Program-made: the position numbers and the translations under genes
The notes under the pieces: generated by a model
The model's input: only the letters and a program-made list of their open reading frames with translations
What the model was told of the DNA's origin: nothing
The model's database searches: none
Shown here: piece after piece, positions 8,021 through 16,532 of the stretch
Layout: every line of letters starts with the position of its first letter
How positions within the stretch are numbered: position 1 is the stretch's first letter
Virus record (IMG/VR): IMGVR_UViG_3300032075_000005
Span: 1-47,799 of that record
Origin: a virus
Lineage: Duplodnaviria > Caudoviricetes
DNA length: 47,799 bases
Direction: 5' to 3' (one strand)

Positions 8021-8788
8021 ATTTCTAGAAGCACTAGAGCTAAGCTGTACGCAACAGACGTACCAGGATACGTATATATAATACGTACACTGAACAAGTA
8101 TCGTCCATACTATATAGGTTCAACTCGAGAACCTGAGAAAAGGTGGTCACTACATAAGTTCTACAAAAGAATAGACTATGAAGGTAAGCATTTATGTGGC
8201 TTCATTCAGTTCAGTACAATGAAAGAAGCCTACACATTTGAGTATGCATTACACCATCACGTAAAAGTACATGGTTACGACGGCCTTAATAGCATAGTAG
8301 AATATGCTGAAGGTATATGGGAAGAAGGAGAACTTGATTTGGATCGCCTAGATACAGTAGTACAAACAGCACTGAATCGTAAAATGGTGGCTAGAATAGC
8401 AAGAAACATGCAGCAGCATGGAGCAAACCTAAGAAGTATGAGTGAACTACTGCGTGAAGTATTCCTCATACACAATGCTATATTAGATCAGCAAGGAGTA
8501 GAGACTGTAGATACAACTGAAGAAGCAGACGCAATACTAAAGGATATGTTCGACGTAAAACTCAATCCTGGAGATAAGTATCTAAAAAGTTTCCTCAAAA
8601 ACCTACAGGAAGAAAGTGGCCGTGTCGAAGCTGACGAGATGAAATTCAACTCAATACCAATGCCTAGAGGTCGTCAGCCTAAATGGACTGATGCTGATGC
8701 AGTAAGAATGCGTGCAGCTGCAGAGAAAGCTGTAATGTCTCCTAAGATGCAAGAAATGCTTGAACGATTGAGGAAGGAGAATAACTAG
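8021..8788 (+). CDS. GIY-YIG-domain protein with probable ATT start (255 aa)
   Basis: The frame upstream of the track's ATG (8219) encodes GYVYIIRT..YYIGSTREPEKRW. TAAGGAGG (8006-8013) lies 7 nt before the in-frame ATT. Confidence 0.7.
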   Translation: MSRSTRAKLYATDVPGYVYIIRTLNKYRPYYIGSTREPEKRWSLHKFYKRIDYEGKHLCGFIQFSTMKEAYTFEYALHHHVKVHGYDGLNSIVEYAEGIWEEGELDLDRLDTVVQTALNRKMVARIARNMQQHGANLRSMSELLREVFLIHNAILDQQGVETVDTTEEADAILKDMFDVKLNPGDKYLKSFLKNLQEESGRVEADEMKFNSIPMPRGRQPKWTDADAVRMRAAAEKAVMSPKMQEMLERLRKENN

Positions 8789-8789
8789 T

Positions 8790-9050
8790 ATGGAGCGCTC
8801 TAATGACGAACGGCTGCTGGACCTTCGCGCATTAGTAAGGCGTCGATTCTCCCGCGATCTAAGATCCTTAGCAGAAATAAGTGATGAACGTCCCGAATTG
8901 TCTCTCCGAGACATGTTAGACGAAGTGCATCACGTATATATACACTATATACAACAGAACATTTTACTCGACAATGCAGGAGCAACTATACATAAGGATG
9001 ATGCTAAGCTACGTGAACAACTGAATAGGTTACGCTCAATTGATTCTTAG
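8790..9050 (+). CDS. Hypothetical protein (86 aa)
   Basis: Coupled to the upstream gene; AAGGAG RBS. Confidence 0.75.
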   Translation: MERSNDERLLDLRALVRRRFSRDLRSLAEISDERPELSLRDMLDEVHHVYIHYIQQNILLDNAGATIHKDDAKLREQLNRLRSIDS

Positions 9051-9080
9051 TCAAAGCAACTGTGTTGCAAGGAGTACTTC

Positions 9081-9257
9081 ATGTGCGATGCTCAACGTAG
9101 TGATGGAGAACGCCGTCCAATACTCCTAAGCGATAAGTCCAGAAAAACAATACTTACATTGGAGCAAATGGAGGAACGTAGGCTAATTGAGACTCTTGAA
9201 ATAACCGAACAGTTAGAGGAGATAATGAAAGAGAGATTAATTAAACGTAAACAATAA
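9081..9257 (+). CDS. Hypothetical protein (58 aa)
   Basis: Below the track cutoff; AAGGAG RBS; MCDAQRSDGERR...IKRKQ. Confidence 0.65.
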   Translation: MCDAQRSDGERRPILLSDKSRKTILTLEQMEERRLIETLEITEQLEEIMKERLIKRKQ

Positions 9258-9265
9258 GTGTATTC

Positions 9266-9516
9266 GGCGACTGAGTGAGTCGCCTCGGAGCGCGGAGCTT
9301 TTACAGGGAAGGAGGCTTTTACGTAAGTTCCGTACCTTTTGAGAGGTAACTGGGGGTCAACATAACCGGCCTTGGTAGCAGGGAACGTTAAGCAGGTGGC
9401 CCGCACTTGGTTGATAGGTGTACCATCACTGTCGCTGCATCCTACAAGATCAGCAGACCACCTAACCCTGGAGGATTGTAGTAACAAGTTCCTTCTGGTT
9501 AAAAACTAACCTCAGC
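9266..9516 (+). repeat. Dispersed structured element A
   Basis: Hairpin GGCGACT/AGTCGCC, then TCGGAGC, module CAGCAGACCA..CTGGAGG, ending GGTTAAAAACTAACC-TCAGC. Confidence 0.8.
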
Positions 9517-9531
9517 ACTGGAGTACTAAGC

Positions 9532-9864
9532 ATGGACCTTAACGAGTACCAACAGCTGGCGCACGCAACAAGTGCATTTGAGCATAACGATGCACAGCGC
9601 GATAATGTTCTCATGGCCACTCTAGGCTTATGTGGTGAATCAGGCGAGGTGGCAGACTTGCTCAAGAAGCATTACTTTCATGGTCATCCACTCGACAGAA
9701 CACAGTTAATTAATGAGCTGGGTGATGTTGCGTGGTATTTAGCTGAATTGTGTACAGCATTTAATATATTACTCAGTGAGGTCGTCGGCGGCAATATTAC
9801 TAAACTCCGTGCACGTTATGGAACTGCTTTCAGCGCCGAGGCTTCAATCAACAGGAAGGATTGA
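9532..9864 (+). CDS. MazG-like nucleotide pyrophosphohydrolase
   Basis: LGLCGESGEVADLLKK..ELGDVAWY..N..KL..RY. Confidence 0.9.
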   Translation: MDLNEYQQLAHATSAFEHNDAQRDNVLMATLGLCGESGEVADLLKKHYFHGHPLDRTQLINELGDVAWYLAELCTAFNILLSEVVGGNITKLRARYGTAFSAEASINRKD

Positions 9865-9866
9865 AC

Positions 9867-10093
9867 GCTGAGGTTAGAATCTAACCGTAACGGCACAGTG
9901 CTCAATGTAGGTTAGGTCCACAAACGTGCTAACCTCCGAAAGGTTATATGGAATGAGCTGCACAGGGCCACTGTTGTTGCAAGCGCCACTCCACCGTCGT
10001 CAACAAGTTCCGATAGCAGGGGGCCGCTTTAGGCAGGCCCACTGCGCTACGTGGACTGCGGTGGTTCCTGCGGCATCGCGGCAACGCTGCCGC
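9867..10093 (-). repeat. Dispersed structured element B
   Basis: On the - strand: hairpin GCGGCA/TGCCGC, then GATGCCGCAGG..GCAGTCCA, ending GGTTAGATTCTAACC-TCAGC. Confidence 0.8.
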
Positions 10094-10118
10094 AACCCAC
10101 GTAAACCTAATAGAATTC

Positions 10119-10147
10119 TTGATAAACGTACAATTCCGTGGTATAAT
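10119..10147 (+). promoter_or_regulatory. Sigma70-type promoter
   Basis: TTGATA-17 bp-TATAAT with extended -10; spacer similar to the 12381 promoter. Confidence 0.75.
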
Positions 10148-10189
10148 TACTGTATAGTTCAAGTGTTCACTAACTGAAAGGAATTACTG

Positions 10190-10426
10190 TTGGAACTAGT
10201 TGATATTCTAACTTCTGATTATCGCAGCACACAATGTAACGCCTCTGTGAAGCGTGAGGGAAAAGCCTATCGTTGTCACCATCAAGCAAACTATGTTGTT
10301 CATGGCTCAACACAACACGTGCGTTTCTGCAAGTTTCATGCAAGTACTCTAGCCAAAGAGCTAGCGCAAGAACTGTTTCAAACTGAGCTCGTACATTGGT
10401 ACGAAAAGGAAACCAAGCATGAATGA
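10190..10426 (+). CDS. Hypothetical Cys/His-rich protein
   Basis: AAAGGA RBS and TTG start downstream of the promoter. Confidence 0.65.
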   Translation: MELVDILTSDYRSTQCNASVKREGKAYRCHHQANYVVHGSTQHVRFCKFHASTLAKELAQELFQTELVHWYEKETKHE

Positions 10427-10553
10427 ACACTTCCATGAATGTCCCGATTGTGATGAAGTCTGGTCGTGTGAAGCACACGATTGTGAGCATTCATCTGAGT
10501 GGCAATGTTCTGACTGTTTCAATCAGCTGAGGCTGATTGACTATATTGATTAA
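10419..10553 (+). CDS. Small Cys-rich protein (44 aa)
   Basis: Below the track cutoff; MNEHFHECPDCDEVWSC...CSDCF; AAAGGA RBS. Confidence 0.65.
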   Translation: MNEHFHECPDCDEVWSCEAHDCEHSSEWQCSDCFNQLRLIDYID

Positions 10554-10597
10554 GACGGCTTCGCCGAACCACCGCGCCATAGTAACAGGAGATTACC

Positions 10598-10768
10598 ATG
10601 CATAGATTTACTTTTACCGATGACGAAGTATTCCAGCTGCTACAAGCAGCAGATGAACGTATACTCGATATGTGTGAGGGTGCAGAGAAAGCTGCACTGA
10701 CTAACGCTGCTACAATGCTTGCCAATGTGCAGCAACTTATCAACGACCGTAACGAAGTGCCTGAATAA
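10598..10768 (+). CDS. Hypothetical protein (56 aa)
   Basis: Below the track cutoff; AGGAG RBS. Confidence 0.65.
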   Translation: MHRFTFTDDEVFQLLQAADERILDMCEGAEKAALTNAATMLANVQQLINDRNEVPE

Positions 10769-10784
10769 CTAAGGAAAATAACTA

Positions 10785-11174
10785 ATGATCTGCCCTAACT
10801 GCAAAGAAGAACTGAAACTCGAAGGTGATTTCTATTCCTCACAAGTGGACCTGGACACTAACAGTGAGGTTGATGGTGAGGTAGTAATTACTTTCACTTG
10901 CGCTGAATGCGACAGCGATCTTGGTGAGTACTCATTCGACCTGGAATTGGATATAGCTGATTTTGCTGCCGAGCATGAAGATGAGGAGGAACATGAGCTC
11001 TCGGTTGATATCTCAGATGAATCCTACGACGAATACGTGAATAAAGAAACTGGCGCTGTGAGTCCTGGCGCGAGTGCTGCTGTTCGTGTTAGCTGCGTCT
11101 GTGGTAAGTCTGTAGAATATCAGTGGACTAATTACGAATCACTCGAGGAAATAGCTACAGCATTTGAACTATAA
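10785..11174 (+). CDS. Highly acidic Zn-binding protein (129 aa)
   Basis: CPNC, CAEC and CVC motifs; about 35 D/E versus 5 K/R. Confidence 0.8.
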   Translation: MICPNCKEELKLEGDFYSSQVDLDTNSEVDGEVVITFTCAECDSDLGEYSFDLELDIADFAAEHEDEEEHELSVDISDESYDEYVNKETGAVSPGASAAVRVSCVCGKSVEYQWTNYESLEEIATAFEL

Positions 11175-11247
11175 CGGCTCTGCCGAACCGCCGCTTGGTA
11201 GTATCACGAATATTACTGAGCGGCCCGGCTTAAAATTTTCAGTTTGG

Positions 11248-11276
11248 TTGACAAACATGCGTTCGTGTGGTATAAT
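11248..11276 (+). promoter_or_regulatory. Sigma70-type promoter
   Basis: TTGACA-17 bp-TATAAT with extended -10. Confidence 0.85.
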
Positions 11277-11322
11277 CACTGTATGATCGGTGATGCGGCC
11301 ACAAACTGAAAGGATGAACTAA

Positions 11323-11715
11323 GTGAAGGTAGGATTTACTGGTACTCACCTCGGTATGACTTTTAATCAACAGGATTCATTACGAAACTTTCTAATGGAG
11401 CCTACGTTCACTGAGCTTCATCATGGAGACTGTATTGGTGCCGATGCTCAGGCTCACGCAATCGCTTTGCCGATGGGCTTTCATATCATAGTTCATCCAC
11501 CACTTGATCCAAGGAAGCGTGCATGGGTAGCTGGTACTGGAGTGCATATACTGCTGCCATGTAAATACCTTGATCGTAACAAGGATATTGTAGATACCTC
11601 TGACATACTGATTGCAGCGCCTAAAGAGATGAAAGAAATACTTCGTTCAGGTACTTGGTCAACTATTCGGTACGCACGTAAGATCGGTCGTCAAATCATT
11701 ATACTGGAGCCGTAA
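11323..11715 (+). CDS. SLOG-superfamily (YspA/DprA-like) protein
   Basis: VGFTG..HHGDCIGAD..RNKDIVD..SGTWSTIRYARKIG. Confidence 0.75.
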   Translation: MKVGFTGTHLGMTFNQQDSLRNFLMEPTFTELHHGDCIGADAQAHAIALPMGFHIIVHPPLDPRKRAWVAGTGVHILLPCKYLDRNKDIVDTSDILIAAPKEMKEILRSGTWSTIRYARKIGRQIIILEP

Positions 11716-11717
11716 CT

Positions 11718-12128
11718 ATGACGCCAGAACAGAAAGCCGAACTGTTAGCGATGCTCAAGGAACTTACTCCTGCCGATCAGCGAGTAATAAAGTATCAGGC
11801 TAAGGGTGGACACAAGTGCACAGACAGCACTAACCTAGTAAACTGTTGTGGCATCTCACGATGCCAAGCGTGTCACATTCCTCATCTGAAGGAGCAGCAT
11901 ACCATTGAGCAATTGCACGCCTATCAGAAGTTCGTAGGCGCAAGATCACTGACATGGCAAGTACGCGAATATAAACTTCCGCTGCCTGCTAAGAAACAGC
12001 CTAAGGTGAACAAGAAAATTACAAGTGCACCGCGTGAGAAGTATAATCCTGCAACTATCGTCAACGCAGTTAGTGAGGATCAACTCGAGAATGTACTGGC
12101 AATGATCGAAGCGAGGCTGAAGAAGTAA
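11718..12128 (+). CDS. Hypothetical protein
   Basis: Coupled ORF with a Cys/His cluster. Confidence 0.7.
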   Translation: MTPEQKAELLAMLKELTPADQRVIKYQAKGGHKCTDSTNLVNCCGISRCQACHIPHLKEQHTIEQLHAYQKFVGARSLTWQVREYKLPLPAKKQPKVNKKITSAPREKYNPATIVNAVSEDQLENVLAMIEARLKK

Positions 12129-12361
12129 TGGAACACGACTGCATAAGTAGTGGTAATCCAATCTACTTTCTAGACAGCATGTTCTTGTGTGCTGGATGCT
12201 ACGCACGGCGTGCATTAAGCGTACATGGTAAAGAAGCACAATTTCTTAATGGTGTGCTGACGATGACCGAGTACAAAGACTTAACGTACTTGAATCCTAC
12301 CAACGAAGCGTTGGTCTTACGAGCTAAATTATACAAGGAGTATCTATCGACTCAAAATTAA
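12128..12361 (+). CDS. Hypothetical protein
   Basis: TAATG overlap with the upstream gene. Confidence 0.7.
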   Translation: MEHDCISSGNPIYFLDSMFLCAGCYARRALSVHGKEAQFLNGVLTMTEYKDLTYLNPTNEALVLRAKLYKEYLSTQN

Positions 12362-12380
12362 CAAGTGGTGCATTTTGTGG

Positions 12381-12409
12381 TTGACAAACTCACAATTTCG
12401 TGGTATACT
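12381..12409 (+). promoter_or_regulatory. Sigma70-type promoter
   Basis: TTGACA-17 bp-TATACT with extended -10. Confidence 0.8.
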
Positions 12410-12489
12410 TACTGACAGTGAAAGGTGGTGCAGCAAAAAGTGTGCTGGACGACTCATTTCATTCAACTAACAATGTGAAAGGTAATTCA

Positions 12490-13017
12490 ATGAAGGCAGA
12501 ACAAGTTAGCGTAAAGACCACTGGAAAACCAGAAATGGAATTCTCCTACAACTTCTCTGAGAATATTGAAGAAGCTGTAACGATGTACGGTGCCGAAAAT
12601 ACTCATGAACTGTTCAAGCGTGCACTTACGATTGCTGCTCAGGCCAACGCACGTAAGATGCTCAGTGCTGGTCTGACCGCTGAGCGTATCCAGAACGATA
12701 TGAGCAGCTGGAAGCCTGGTGTGAAATTGAGTGGTGTGTCTGCTGTTAAGACAGTTGATCCGGTCAAAGTTATCAGTGAGAACTTCGATGACTGGACTCC
12801 TGAGCGTCAGGAAGAAATACTGCGGCTTATTCAGGAGCGTTTTGCCAAGCGTGGTGCTACACCTGAGGTTCCTACCACTAATGGTAGCGAGGGTGAGCCG
12901 ACAGCAGAAGAGATTGCAGCTATCACTGAAGGCGTGAATGGTGGCGAGGAGACTCCTGCTTCTGATGCGACAGCAGAGTACAATCCAGCTGAAGCACGTC
13001 GCCGCCGTGACCGCTAA
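12490..13017 (+). CDS. Hypothetical protein with acidic C-terminal tail
   Basis: ATG at 12490 follows AAAGG; the track's upstream start overlaps the promoter. Confidence 0.8.
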   Translation: MKAEQVSVKTTGKPEMEFSYNFSENIEEAVTMYGAENTHELFKRALTIAAQANARKMLSAGLTAERIQNDMSSWKPGVKLSGVSAVKTVDPVKVISENFDDWTPERQEEILRLIQERFAKRGATPEVPTTNGSEGEPTAEEIAAITEGVNGGEETPASDATAEYNPAEARRRRDR

Positions 13018-13065
13018 GGTTAAAATCTAACCGTAACACGGGCTGGTGCTCACTTTGGCCAGCCC
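13013..13065 (-). repeat. Mini-copy (J) of the element family: palindrome 13018-13032 plus hairpin
   Basis: On the - strand: GGGCTGG..TGAGCA-CCAGCCCGTGTTAC-GGTTAGATTTTAACC-TTAGC, matching the 3' ends of B, C and F. Confidence 0.7.
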
Positions 13066-13086
13066 TAAAGGAACAAGGGAGAATAA

Positions 13087-13446
13087 GTGAGTGAACATAA
13101 GAAAGTATATGTAGTAGCTAAAGGATTTCACGATTGGAATTCTGCTGCACAACATGGTGAGCTTGTGTTCCTGTCAACTGAACCAGTTGGACGAACAGCA
13201 ATTAGTAACATGCTGCGAGAGTTCCTACCAAGAATGGTAGATAGTGAGCCAGAAGATCACATCGTGATTACTGGACTCTCAGTAATGTGCTCAATGGCGT
13301 GCGTGATATTTGCACTCAAACACAGGAGGTTAAACCTATTACTATTCGACGCGGCTACTGACAAGTATGTAAAGCGTACAGTTATGCTGGATTCAATTGA
13401 GCAAGTAGAGAAAGAATTAGATGAAGCTATTAGACATACTACCTGA
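13087..13446 (+). CDS. Hypothetical protein (119 aa)
   Basis: GGGAG RBS, GTG start. Confidence 0.8.
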   Translation: MSEHKKVYVVAKGFHDWNSAAQHGELVFLSTEPVGRTAISNMLREFLPRMVDSEPEDHIVITGLSVMCSMACVIFALKHRRLNLLLFDAATDKYVKRTVMLDSIEQVEKELDEAIRHTT

Positions 13447-14422
13447 GCAAGATACGTGGAACGTAGTAGATCCTTCAAAGCTGAGTGTATACATGGCTTG
13501 TCCACGCAAGTATATGTATGAGCACATATTGCAGTGGAGAGAGGATTACGTTAACAATCACTTACATTTTGGAAGCTGCTGGCACTTAGCTGTCGAGCAT
13601 CTGCTGAATAATCAATACAGTAAGGAGTCGATAGAAGAGGCGTGTTACTTATTCTATAATGCCTACAGATCAAAGTTAAGTGATGAGAGCGATGGTTCAT
13701 TTGCTCCCAAAGATCCGGCTAATGCAATGAAGACATTGATGCAATACGCGCAGCGATTCGCTGGTGATGCTAGGGATTACAAGGTACTCGGTACTGAGAT
13801 AGGAGGCACAGTACTGATTGCACCAGATAGCGCGATGTACTTCAAGATTGACGCGTTACTGCAGCGGGAGCGTGATGGTAAGATTATATGCTTAGATCAC
13901 AAGACCTCACAGCGTCGTATGGGCAATTGGAGTGAACAGTGGTTACTGTCTACACAGATGCTAACTTATCTGCACGTTTTGTACTGCCTGTTTGGAGAGG
14001 ATAATTTGGTAGGTGGCATACGTGTTAGGTGTAGTTTCTTCTACAAGGCTAAGCCGAGTGAATTCGACGAGGCGATAGTAGAAAAAAGCCTTGGCCAAAT
14101 GCAAGCGTTCGTAGATAGCACACGAAACTGGTATGATAACCTAATGTACGATACTCAATACTTGAAGGAGACTGATGATACTGAGAATCCAACGCTGCGA
14201 AGTTTCGCTATGAATCCAAACGCCTGCTTTAGTTACGGTAGGAAGTGTAGCTATTTCGATTTCTGTTCCGCTTGGAGTAACCCCCTCACTAGATGCGAAC
14301 AGGTACCTCTAGGCTTCAAGCGAGAAGTATGGGATCCCCGTGAGCAGCATACTAACATAACGTTGGACTTGACAAAGCCAGCGGAGGATCAGAGTGGGGT
14401 ATCCACCGTACAGTCTAGCTAA
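13421..14422 (+). CDS. PD-(D/E)XK (Cas4/RecB-like) exonuclease
   Basis: CPRKY..FG..WH..KIDALL..LDHKT..Q..Y and a C-terminal C..C..C cluster. Confidence 0.85.
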   Translation: MKLLDILPEQDTWNVVDPSKLSVYMACPRKYMYEHILQWREDYVNNHLHFGSCWHLAVEHLLNNQYSKESIEEACYLFYNAYRSKLSDESDGSFAPKDPANAMKTLMQYAQRFAGDARDYKVLGTEIGGTVLIAPDSAMYFKIDALLQRERDGKIICLDHKTSQRRMGNWSEQWLLSTQMLTYLHVLYCLFGEDNLVGGIRVRCSFFYKAKPSEFDEAIVEKSLGQMQAFVDSTRNWYDNLMYDTQYLKETDDTENPTLRSFAMNPNACFSYGRKCSYFDFCSAWSNPLTRCEQVPLGFKREVWDPREQHTNITLDLTKPAEDQSGVSTVQSS

Positions 14423-14894
14423 GCGTTTAGATATAGTGTACAGCAAATGCCGGAGGGATAATAATCTCTGTTTAATATGGCTGGGTGCTTGTACTAGAAA
14501 TGGATACGGTAAGATTGGTATAGGAGGACGCACACTTGTATTGCATAGGTGGATATGGGAAGTATATCATGGACCTATTCCTGGCAAGCTTCAAGTGAAT
14601 CACCTGTGCAGAGTACGTAATTGTATAGAAGTAAGACATATGGAGCTTGTAACCAGTGGTGAGAATACTAAGAAAGGTGCGCTGCCATTCGTCAACCGAT
14701 TGCGCGCCTTGATGCAAGCAGTGTGCAAGAGAGGACATGAATTTACTCCAATAAATACTGGTCGAACAGCTAAAGGAGGAAGGTATTGTAAAGCTTGCAA
14801 GCGTGAGAACTGGATAACGAAAGAGCATCGTGAGAAGCTAATGAAAGTAACTTTGTGGATGACTCTAAAGAACGGCAACAGAGTCTACCGATAG
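14394..14894 (+). CDS. HNH homing endonuclease
   Basis: CLIWLGA..GYG..HR..VNHLCRVRNC..H..N and CKRGHEF..CKAC. Confidence 0.85.
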   Translation: MGYPPYSLAKRLDIVYSKCRRDNNLCLIWLGACTRNGYGKIGIGGRTLVLHRWIWEVYHGPIPGKLQVNHLCRVRNCIEVRHMELVTSGENTKKGALPFVNRLRALMQAVCKRGHEFTPINTGRTAKGGRYCKACKRENWITKEHREKLMKVTLWMTLKNGNRVYR

Positions 14895-14943
14895 ATAGTG
14901 GTGCTAAGCAGTTCATCGACTTAACAAAGGAGCAAGTATCAGA

Positions 14944-15177
14944 ATGACTATTACTAATCACCTGCAGCGAATCGTAGCATTAGGTTTCGCTGGTGTACAA
15001 GTGTGGGAAGGTACAACTAAAGGAGTGTGGTGTGGATGCTTACTCAGTAACGATCCGTACTGCAAGCCTCTGCACTATACGAACTTATGGAATTACGTAA
15101 GTACGGTAGAAGAAGTGTTTGAGATATTAGCCAAAACCGCTGAAACAATAGCTAAGGAGCAAGCAAGTGCCTCTTGA
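14944..15177 (+). CDS. Hypothetical protein
   Basis: AAGGAG RBS; coupled to the next gene. Confidence 0.7.
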   Translation: MTITNHLQRIVALGFAGVQVWEGTTKGVWCGCLLSNDPYCKPLHYTNLWNYVSTVEEVFEILAKTAETIAKEQASAS

Positions 15178-15982
15178 TGCAAGGATCGAAGCTGAGCGTC
15201 TCTATAAACTGTATCAAGAAGAGGAAAAGAACCAGCAGTTCTCACTACTGTTACTAGGTGATAAAGGTTCTGGCAAGACATTCCTTATGCGTACAGCGCG
15301 CAAGCCAGTGCACATCGACAGCTTCGAGCGCGGTGGCACTATGGGCCTACGTGACTGGATACGCCGTGGTGAGATAGTAGTTGACACCTCATACGAGGGA
15401 GATAATCCATCCAAGCCAGCAGCATTCGCTAAATGGAAGAAGGACTTCGAGCAGCGTAAGCGCGACGGGTACTTCAATCACTTCGCTACATACGTACTCG
15501 ATTCCTGCACCAAATGGCAAGAAGCAATTATGGATGGCATTCTGTATGCTGCTAATAGACCAGGCACGCAGCCACGCTTTCAGGAGGACTATCCTAAAGC
15601 AAAGTATGAGATACACAGCTCGATGATGGCACTCATGACATTATCCTGTGATATAATAGTAACAGGTCATGTAGCACCAGTGAGTGACTCATCAGGTGGG
15701 CCTGTCGAGTACCGCTTCGTATCAACAGGTAAAGAATCCACTCTCATACCAATTAGCTTTGGTGAACAGTGGATCACACACACGAAGGATTCAGCAACTG
15801 GTGTAAAGTACGAGATAATAACTCGTCGTGTGGGTAAGTATCTGGCAAGTAGTAGACTTGCTGGCGAAGGTAAACTCAGTACGTATGAGGAGCCAGATCT
15901 GAAAGCAATACTAAAGAAGTGTGGTTATCCTACTAATGATAAGCCACTGCTATTTACACCTGATAAGAGGGTAAGTAAGTAA
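15167..15982 (+). CDS. P-loop ATPase, Sak4/AAA_24-like recombination protein
   Basis: GDKGSGKT, YVLDS and IVTGH; sits between the exonuclease and the SSB-like gene. Confidence 0.8.
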   Translation: MPLDARIEAERLYKLYQEEEKNQQFSLLLLGDKGSGKTFLMRTARKPVHIDSFERGGTMGLRDWIRRGEIVVDTSYEGDNPSKPAAFAKWKKDFEQRKRDGYFNHFATYVLDSCTKWQEAIMDGILYAANRPGTQPRFQEDYPKAKYEIHSSMMALMTLSCDIIVTGHVAPVSDSSGGPVEYRFVSTGKESTLIPISFGEQWITHTKDSATGVKYEIITRRVGKYLASSRLAGEGKLSTYEEPDLKAILKKCGYPTNDKPLLFTPDKRVSK

Positions 15983-16530
15983 TGCCACGCAAGCGTAGCG
16001 CGCATCCAACTGATGCTGATTTCCGTGCCGATGTAGGTCTACCTCAACTTATGGAAAGGGTTAGTGAAGAAGAAATAGCTAAAGAAGCTGAGAAGAAATT
16101 CTACGCATCTCAAACTGGAGCAAAGACAATGCCTATTATTGATTTCTCAGAATTTGACCTGGATAATATTCCAGAACTAAAGATACTGCCTGCTGGTACT
16201 GAGGCAAAGTTGCGGATACTCGATGTAGCAACAAAGCCAGACAAGAATGGCGACCTCATGTTGAATCTGCGAATGGATGTAGCAGATGAACCACTGGTGA
16301 AGGAAGTGTACTGGCAGTGCCACTTCCCAAAGGGAAGCATGGGTGAGAAGCGTGTTGCAATGCTAAGGCAATTCTTGTCTAACTTCTGTGAGGCATTCGA
16401 CATAGATAAGACTGCAGCTAATGACACCAGTGATTGGCTAGGCAAGGAAGGCTGGGCCATACTTGGTGTACGTACTGATCCAAAGTATGGTGATTCGAAC
16501 GAAGTAAATCGCTGGCTGAAGCAGCAGTAG
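15982..16530 (+). CDS. Probable ssDNA-binding protein (DUF669-like); the start may be 16129
   Basis: LPAG..L.I....K..NG..ML.L..YGDSNEV pattern and synteny with the Sak4-like gene. Confidence 0.6.
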   Translation: MPRKRSAHPTDADFRADVGLPQLMERVSEEEIAKEAEKKFYASQTGAKTMPIIDFSEFDLDNIPELKILPAGTEAKLRILDVATKPDKNGDLMLNLRMDVADEPLVKEVYWQCHFPKGSMGEKRVAMLRQFLSNFCEAFDIDKTAANDTSDWLGKEGWAILGVRTDPKYGDSNEVNRWLKQQ

Positions 16531-16532
16531 TT

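Noticed and set aside
9497-9886. Canonical integron attC sites
   Set aside because: The GTT and AAC cores are adjacent within one palindrome rather than bracketing a long hairpin, and no integron integrase is encoded.
9092-10177. Track ORFs overlapping the elements (9092-9487, 9926-10177, 9944-10162; also 28992-29195 and 38024-38257)
   Set aside because: They have no clear RBS, no conserved peptide between homologous elements and inconsistent strands; likely GC-rich shadow ORFs.
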